Assembly: GCF_000429945.1 (NCBI RefSeq) | Contig: NZ_KE386996.1 | Span: 79,815-132,847, forward strand | Direction of reading: 5' to 3' | Source of the DNA: Desulfogranum japonicum DSM 18378 | Lineage (GTDB): Bacteria; Desulfobacterota; Desulfobulbia; Desulfobulbales; Desulfobulbaceae | DNA length: 53,033 nt | Shown here: piece after piece, positions 48,545 through 53,033 of the stretch | Numbering within the stretch: the first letter of the stretch is position 1 | How the letters are laid out: each line of letters begins with the position of its first letter | Notes under the pieces: model-generated | The model's database searches: none | Told to the model about the DNA's origin: nothing | What the model saw: the letters and a program-made list of their open reading frames with translations, nothing else | Translations under genes and position numbers: made by a program

Positions 48545-49810
48545 TTAACGTTTCAGATTGAGCAGTTCCTGCAACATTTCGTCTGTGGTGGTAATAACCC
48601 TGGAATTTGCGGTATACCCATTCTGGATGGTTATCAAGTCCACGAATTCAGTTGAAAGATCCACATTGGAGAGCTCCAGTGCCTGGGTTACAAGAGTTCC
48701 CTGGGAAGGGCCGGGGTATCCGATGGTGGCTGTGCCTGAATAACTTGTTTCACTGAAGAGGCTGCCACCTGCACTGTCCAGCCCGTCAGGGTTGGTAAAG
48801 GTTGCAAGGGAGAGCATTGCTACTTCAACAATTTCTCCGTTTGAGTAGACCGCGCTGACAACGCCATCGCTGGATACGTCCACAGAGCTTACCTCGCCGG
48901 AAGAGTAACCGTCCTGGATCTGGGAGAAGACCGCTGATTCACTGTCGAACTGCGTGGTTTCAAAGGTATAGGTCAGGGTCTGGGTCGGGTCGGCTCCGTT
49001 ATTCCAGACAAGAGCATTGGACACTACCACGCCACCGGTGGCGAGATTACCATCCTGGTCAAAGGTAAGGACACCATTACCCACCAGTGTCAGGTCCTCC
49101 GCACCTGCCTGTGCCGGGTCCAGCTCGTCGCTGACCACGCATAGGTTATATTCCCATGTTTGGTTTGCAGTTTTCGTAAAATAGCAGGTGGCCTGATGTG
49201 CAGTACCCAGGGAATCGTAAATTGTGGTAGTCGCGGAATAGTTTGAAGTATCGTCAGGCGTGGCAATATCAAAGGGGCCAACAATATCGGAATTGGAATC
49301 CAGGTTGGTTTGCAGGGTCACGTTATCTGTCTGCTGTGCAGCGATCTGTGCAACCAGATCCAGCTGGATATCTGTGAGATTTCCTGCATTCAGGGTACCT
49401 TCAGCATTATACAGAGAACCCTGTACTCTAAATCCATCAGCGGTCACTAAATAGCCATCCTCATCAAAACTGAAATTACCATTTCTGGTATAGTATGCAG
49501 TATCGCTCAGAGGATCGCTGACAATGAAAAACCCACTGCCTTCTATGGCAATATCAGTTGAGCTTTCAGTGGATTCAAATCCACCCTGGCTGAAGTTTGT
49601 TTGTACTGTTTGTATCTGAGAACCTCTGCCGACCTGTGAATTGCCGCTGGAGCTCGCTATATTAGCTGAGAGCAGATCGGCAAAAACCGTATTGCTGCTT
49701 TTAAATCCAACGGTATTGCTGTTGGAAATGTTGTTACCTGTAACGGTCATGGCCTGGGAATTCGTCTGTAACCCACTGATGGCGGAATACAATGCACTTG
49801 TGATACCCAT
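48545..49810 (-). CDS. flgE: Flagellar hook protein FlgE
   Basis: The start MGITSALYSAISGLQTNSQAMTVTGNNISNSNTVGFKSS follows AAGGAGG. The C-terminus has the Flg_bbr_C motif (…SNVDLSTEFVDLITIQNGYTANSRVITTTDEMLQELLNLKR). The 107-aa ORF-track extension is translated from repeat A3 and is rejected. Confidence 0.9.
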   Translation of the reverse strand: MGITSALYSAISGLQTNSQAMTVTGNNISNSNTVGFKSSNTVFADLLSANIASSSGNSQVGRGSQIQTVQTNFSQGGFESTESSTDIAIEGSGFFIVSDPLSDTAYYTRNGNFSFDEDGYLVTADGFRVQGSLYNAEGTLNAGNLTDIQLDLVAQIAAQQTDNVTLQTNLDSNSDIVGPFDIATPDDTSNYSATTTIYDSLGTAHQATCYFTKTANQTWEYNLCVVSDELDPAQAGAEDLTLVGNGVLTFDQDGNLATGGVVVSNALVWNNGADPTQTLTYTFETTQFDSESAVFSQIQDGYSSGEVSSVDVSSDGVVSAVYSNGEIVEVAMLSLATFTNPDGLDSAGGSLFSETSYSGTATIGYPGPSQGTLVTQALELSNVDLSTEFVDLITIQNGYTANSRVITTTDEMLQELLNLKR

Positions 49811-50003
49811 ATATCCTCCTTGTTTTCCTGCCGGACATTTTGAAAAGGGGAACAGTTTCTTTCCATTGGGGCAGGGCCCTGAATGATCTGGTGCATCCGT
49901 GCTTTGTCTTTCCATCCTGGAAAAGAGCTGTGTATGCAAGATATTGGTAGAGGTATACGTAGAACTGGCAAATGATCTCAACATCCTGGCTAGGTCGCTC
50001 TTA

Positions 50004-50162
50004 GGGTCGCGGAAAATAATACATATCCAAAAATTGCGTAGAATATCGGTTTGGTAACGTCGTAGCGCCAATGTTTCCACACTGGCCGTATTGAGCCATT
50101 GGTGCGACGACGTTACCGAGTTGAGGGACAAGCAAGATTGATATGTATTTTTTCCGTGTTCC
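50004..50162. repeat. Family-A element, full length (A3)
   Basis: The ends gggtcgcggaaaat and ttttttccgtgttcc and the central hairpin match 32229-32388. It lies between the divergent flgE and RMD1-like genes. Confidence 0.65.
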
Positions 50163-50766
50163 TTAGCAAGGGTATCGGTATGCGAGAGGTGTATTTTTTA
50201 TTGTAATTACGTAAAGTTATTTGATGTGTTGTCTGCTTTTGGTATGTAAAGATATCTTGTGTAACCACAGGTTGTTGAAAGAGCCTGGCTGTTGACTTGA
50301 AGTAACAGGCCGTGAATACATGTAACCAGTGTTGATTTCTGGTTACAGAGATCGGGCATTGTGTAACTGGAGAAGTCATTTCCAGAGACAGGGGCGGCCG
50401 CAAAGATATTTTGCAGCAGATCCGGGACGCAAAATATCTCTTCGTATGTTTTGATGTGGGTGTGGTGTGTGTTTTTTAGACTAATAATAAGATAGAAATA
50501 CTGTGATTCTGGATGCCATTGAAATGCCGTGTGTATTCAGGTTGAAATCAAGAGGTCTGTTGAAGGATGAGAAAATAAATAAGTACACAGCCGGCAATTG
50601 ATTTTCAGTCGTATTTTAATGAACTAATTGCCAGGAGTAGTACAATGCCGGATCGTAGTTATTGTGTTTTTTTATGGAACTGCTCAGCAGCGTTGGATGC
50701 CTGTGAATGCTCAGCTTTAGCTTCAGTTTCTGTTCTCTTTTTGGTTTCACATACAGCAGATTAGAT

Positions 50767-51549
50767 ATGGACAGTGTTCAAGAATTTTCAGTGCGTGCAG
50801 TGCAGATTGCCCGGCGGATTCTTCTCCGTCAGTTTCCCGCCGACTCTGCCCTGGCTCGCAATCCAATTATTTTTCAGCAGGGTGACGGGCTGGTTGCCCT
50901 GTTTCGTTATGGGGTGGCTGTCTTTTTTAACCTTTCTCCATTAGAGCAGCAGCACCTTATAGATCAGACACTGTCTGGATTTTTACAGGATCCCATATCT
51001 GGTGGAGAGGAAGAACAGGCTGAGCTGCTGATTCGTTCTGGCCAGGAAGAGCGGGTTGTCGGTGGAAAAATAGCCCTCAGTGATGATTCCATGCCTCGTC
51101 TGCAAATATTAGCCGAGGTCATTGCACGCTCTGTTTTGCTAGCAAGTTATGAGAGCCGTATCAGAAGAAATTTTGATCAGGTTGAACCTTTAGCGGAAAA
51201 ATTGGCAACCAATCGCAGCCCGAGAACAAATGGAAAAATTCTGCAGACCATCGGAAATGCCCTTGTGACCGAGCACGATATGGTTGGCAGGGCTGCTGTG
51301 ACCGAAAAACCGGATCTTCTTTGGGATCATGGCGAGCTGGAAGGGTTGTACAGAATTCTGGAGGATGAATTTGAATTACAGGAGCGGGATAGTGCTCTGG
51401 CTCGCAAACTTGATCTTATCTCACGTACAGCCCAGACTTCGTTGGAATTGCTGCACGCCAAGCGAAGTCTCAGGGTGGAATGGTACATCGTGTTGCTCAT
51501 AGTGGTGGAAATCGGGCTTACCCTGTTTGAGCTGTTTATCAAGGACTGA
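50767..51549 (+). CDS. RMD1/DUF155-family protein with a C-terminal TM helix
   Basis: The 260-aa protein has a soluble domain followed by a single C-terminal TM (WYIVLLIVVEIGLTLFELFI), which is the family architecture. The start MDSVQE is chosen over the ORF-track start. Confidence 0.6.
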   Translation: MDSVQEFSVRAVQIARRILLRQFPADSALARNPIIFQQGDGLVALFRYGVAVFFNLSPLEQQHLIDQTLSGFLQDPISGGEEEQAELLIRSGQEERVVGGKIALSDDSMPRLQILAEVIARSVLLASYESRIRRNFDQVEPLAEKLATNRSPRTNGKILQTIGNALVTEHDMVGRAAVTEKPDLLWDHGELEGLYRILEDEFELQERDSALARKLDLISRTAQTSLELLHAKRSLRVEWYIVLLIVVEIGLTLFELFIKD

Positions 51550-51761
51550 AGGTAAGGCTTCGCTTTTACTTAAATAAGTATTGCAGCTGGTTTCAAGTGC
51601 TTCATATTTGTGCAATCGCGATTACGCAAATATGGTGCCGCTGTGACCTCTTACCAGGCAACAGCTGCCGGGTTATGGAAAGGCATAACCCGGCAGCCAA
51701 AAGCCTTTATTTGTGCACCATATGGGTACAATCTGGCTGACGGATCATAGACTATCGTTCG

Positions 51762-51841
51762 ACTGTTTAGTGCCTGTCCATAACCGGTCTTTTCGGAGTC
51801 TGGTTTCTCGCTTACCTCAACGTGAGCAAAAATCTTCATTT
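51762..51841. repeat. Family-B element (B3)
   Basis: The ends are gcctgtccat and atggacagac. The interior is ggtcttttcggagtctggtttctcgcttacctcaacgtgagcaaaaatcttcattt. Confidence 0.55.
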
Positions 51842-51949
51842 ATGGACAGACACGAGAAAGACCGCATATATCAGCGGGAATTTGTACTTTGACCATAAAA
51901 ATCGACTTTCTGCGATTCAACTCAACGGATACGTCCCCAAAAAGACACC

Positions 51950-52492
51950 ATGTTTTTTCGAAAGCTCAATAATGAAATACAACTCAGCCTGTCTATACCG
52001 CAATATGCTGAGGAATTGTTTATTTTGACTGATAACAACAGACTATATCTTAAACAATGGCTTCCATGGCTTGACACCATTGTGAACCCTTCAGACACGC
52101 TTGTTTTTATTGAAACGCAACTGTTGCGGTTTCAAAAGGGTGAAGCGTTGCACGTGACGATTTTTTATCAAAACAAGATCGCTGGTGTCTTGGGCTATAA
52201 CCTGATTGATCAGGTGAATGGTATTGGCTACGCCGGCTACTGGCTTGGCCAGGAATACAATGGCAACGGTATTATGACAGAGAGCCTCAAGGATTTGATA
52301 CATCTGGGCTTTACATATTATTCACTTAACCGTATTGATATTCGTTGCGCAGTAGATAACCACAAAAGTCGTGCGATTCCAGAGCGTCTGGGTTTTCAGC
52401 AGGAGGGAATTATTCGGAAGGCCGAAAACGTTTATGGGAAGCATCTCGATCACGTTGTCTATGGCCTGCTAAAAGAAGAAGGCAGATATTGA
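51950..52492 (+). CDS. GNAT N-acetyltransferase (RimJ/RimL-like)
   Basis: The 180-aa protein has …IGYAGYWLGQEYNGNGIMTESLKDLIHLGF…NRIDIRCAVDNHKSRAIPERLGFQQEG…, which is typical of ribosomal-protein acetyltransferase-like GNATs. Confidence 0.85.
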   Translation: MFFRKLNNEIQLSLSIPQYAEELFILTDNNRLYLKQWLPWLDTIVNPSDTLVFIETQLLRFQKGEALHVTIFYQNKIAGVLGYNLIDQVNGIGYAGYWLGQEYNGNGIMTESLKDLIHLGFTYYSLNRIDIRCAVDNHKSRAIPERLGFQQEGIIRKAENVYGKHLDHVVYGLLKEEGRY

Positions 52493-52514
52493 AGCCTTTG
52501 TCAGGGCTGCCCGC

Positions 52515-52663
52515 TAGGAGTCTGTCGGAAAAACCTCTTTTTCCCCATCTTTGCGTTATTTACAGATAATCAATGCGCGAAATATCAACCATATGACTGT
52601 GCTTGATTTTCTGTAAATGCCTTAATCTGAGAAAAAATAGCAATTCTCCGACAGACTCCTAGT
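52515..52663. repeat. Long nested inverted-repeat (hairpin or cruciform) structure
   Basis: Perfect 16-bp outer arms ctaggagtctgtcgga and tccgacagactcctag are about 117 bp apart. Inner 15-bp arms tttacagataatcaa and ttgattttctgtaaa lie between them. Confidence 0.4.
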
Positions 52664-52878
52664 GAGTACTAAATTTAATATGAAGAGTAATATATCTAGT
52701 GACAGAACGAAAACCCCTTTTCAGCTCATTTAATTTCGGGAATTATTCCCACATGATATTGTTCCAACACTCTGATGGTCTCCGCAATGTTTGCTGGGGT
52801 TTAAATTAACCGTAATCAGCAAATTTTAGACGGATCTCTCCCGCTGCCATGAAGTAATCTTGCAAAAAATACAACAGT

Positions 52879-53033
52879 TATGCAGCTCTCTTGACCTTCT
52901 CCTGTCTTTTAATCAACGCCAGCTGTTTCTCTCGAACCCTTACTCCAAGCTGCTGGATATTTCGTGCCAGTACTGCCAGGGCAACATACCGTTTGAAGCC
53001 ATTGAGCCCATGATCCGGGCATCGGTCAAGACC
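52879..53033 (-). CDS. Possible 3' end of an IS-family (IS5/IS1182-like) transposase gene; very weak
   Basis: The minus-strand frame is open to the window end and terminates …GLDRCPDHGLNGFKRYVALAVLARNIQQLGVRVREKQLALIKRQEKVKRAA*. The GLDRC…NG…LARNIQQLG pattern is reminiscent of transposase C-termini. Only 51 aa are visible. Confidence 0.25.

Noticed and set aside
49811-50131. N-terminal 107-aa extension of the flgE ORF
   Set aside because: It is translated from repeat A3 and flanking non-coding DNA. The ATG at 49810 is preceded by AAGGAGG and gives a canonical FlgE N-terminus.
1-53033. CRISPR arrays, rRNA genes, integrase genes, toxin-antitoxin pairs
   Set aside because: No short regularly spaced direct repeats with unique spacers were found; the three dispersed families have inverted ends and are scattered singly, not arrayed. 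No rRNA-like conserved blocks were found. No tyrosine- or serine-recombinase motifs appear in any ORF.

Overview
This is a 53 kb window of bacterial chromosome, gene-dense, with short overlaps (ATGA-type) between many adjacent genes. I could not place the taxon from sequence alone. The gene content is Desulfobacterota-like: three sigma-54 activators, two HD-GYP phosphodiesterases, two MCPs, PAS/Cache sensor kinases and a flagellar hook operon.

Gene content in order:
1. A partial secreted tandem-repeat protein gene runs off the 5' edge.
2. A NarL-type two-component system (TCS).
3. An envelope-lipid remodelling block: a DedA-PAP2-LssY_C fusion, a PlcP-like metallophosphoesterase fused to a GT4 glycosyltransferase, a UPF0104/MprF-TM flippase-like protein and a second PAP2. 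An OmpR-type TCS sits beside it.
4. An 8 kb co-directional, overlapping minus-strand cluster: an HTH protein, a Cache sensor kinase, a receiver, a TauE/SafE permease, a 2-TM protein of unknown function, a PEP-synthase-like phosphotransferase lacking the canonical C-terminal domain, and a CheY-like receiver.
5. An NtrB/NtrC-like TCS followed by a -24/-12 promoter driving a 73-aa Nif11-domain protein.
6. An HD-GYP gene, an MCP plus a periplasmic Cache-like protein, a second Cache/PAS HD-GYP gene, and PhzF.
7. A tRNA-Asp-like element with a flawed acceptor stem.
8. An RNA-repair neighbourhood: an SPFH protein, an HD-type CCA-adding enzyme and rtcR divergent from a sigma-54-driven rtcB-rtcA.
9. 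A rhodanese, a second MCP, an orphan trpB and the flgE-flgN?-flgK-flgL operon with a strong terminator.
10. An RMD1-like protein, a GNAT acetyltransferase, and the 3' end of a possible IS transposase at the window edge.

The most unusual feature is that intergenic DNA is occupied by three families of short dispersed elements with terminal inverted repeats, named A, B and C here. Family A is about 160 bp, B about 80 bp and C about 110 bp, giving at least 11 copies. Several abut start codons. One sits in the rtcB leader. Family A generates spurious N-terminal extensions in the ORF track.

All functional calls come from recognisable motifs in the translated ORFs. No database search was possible.
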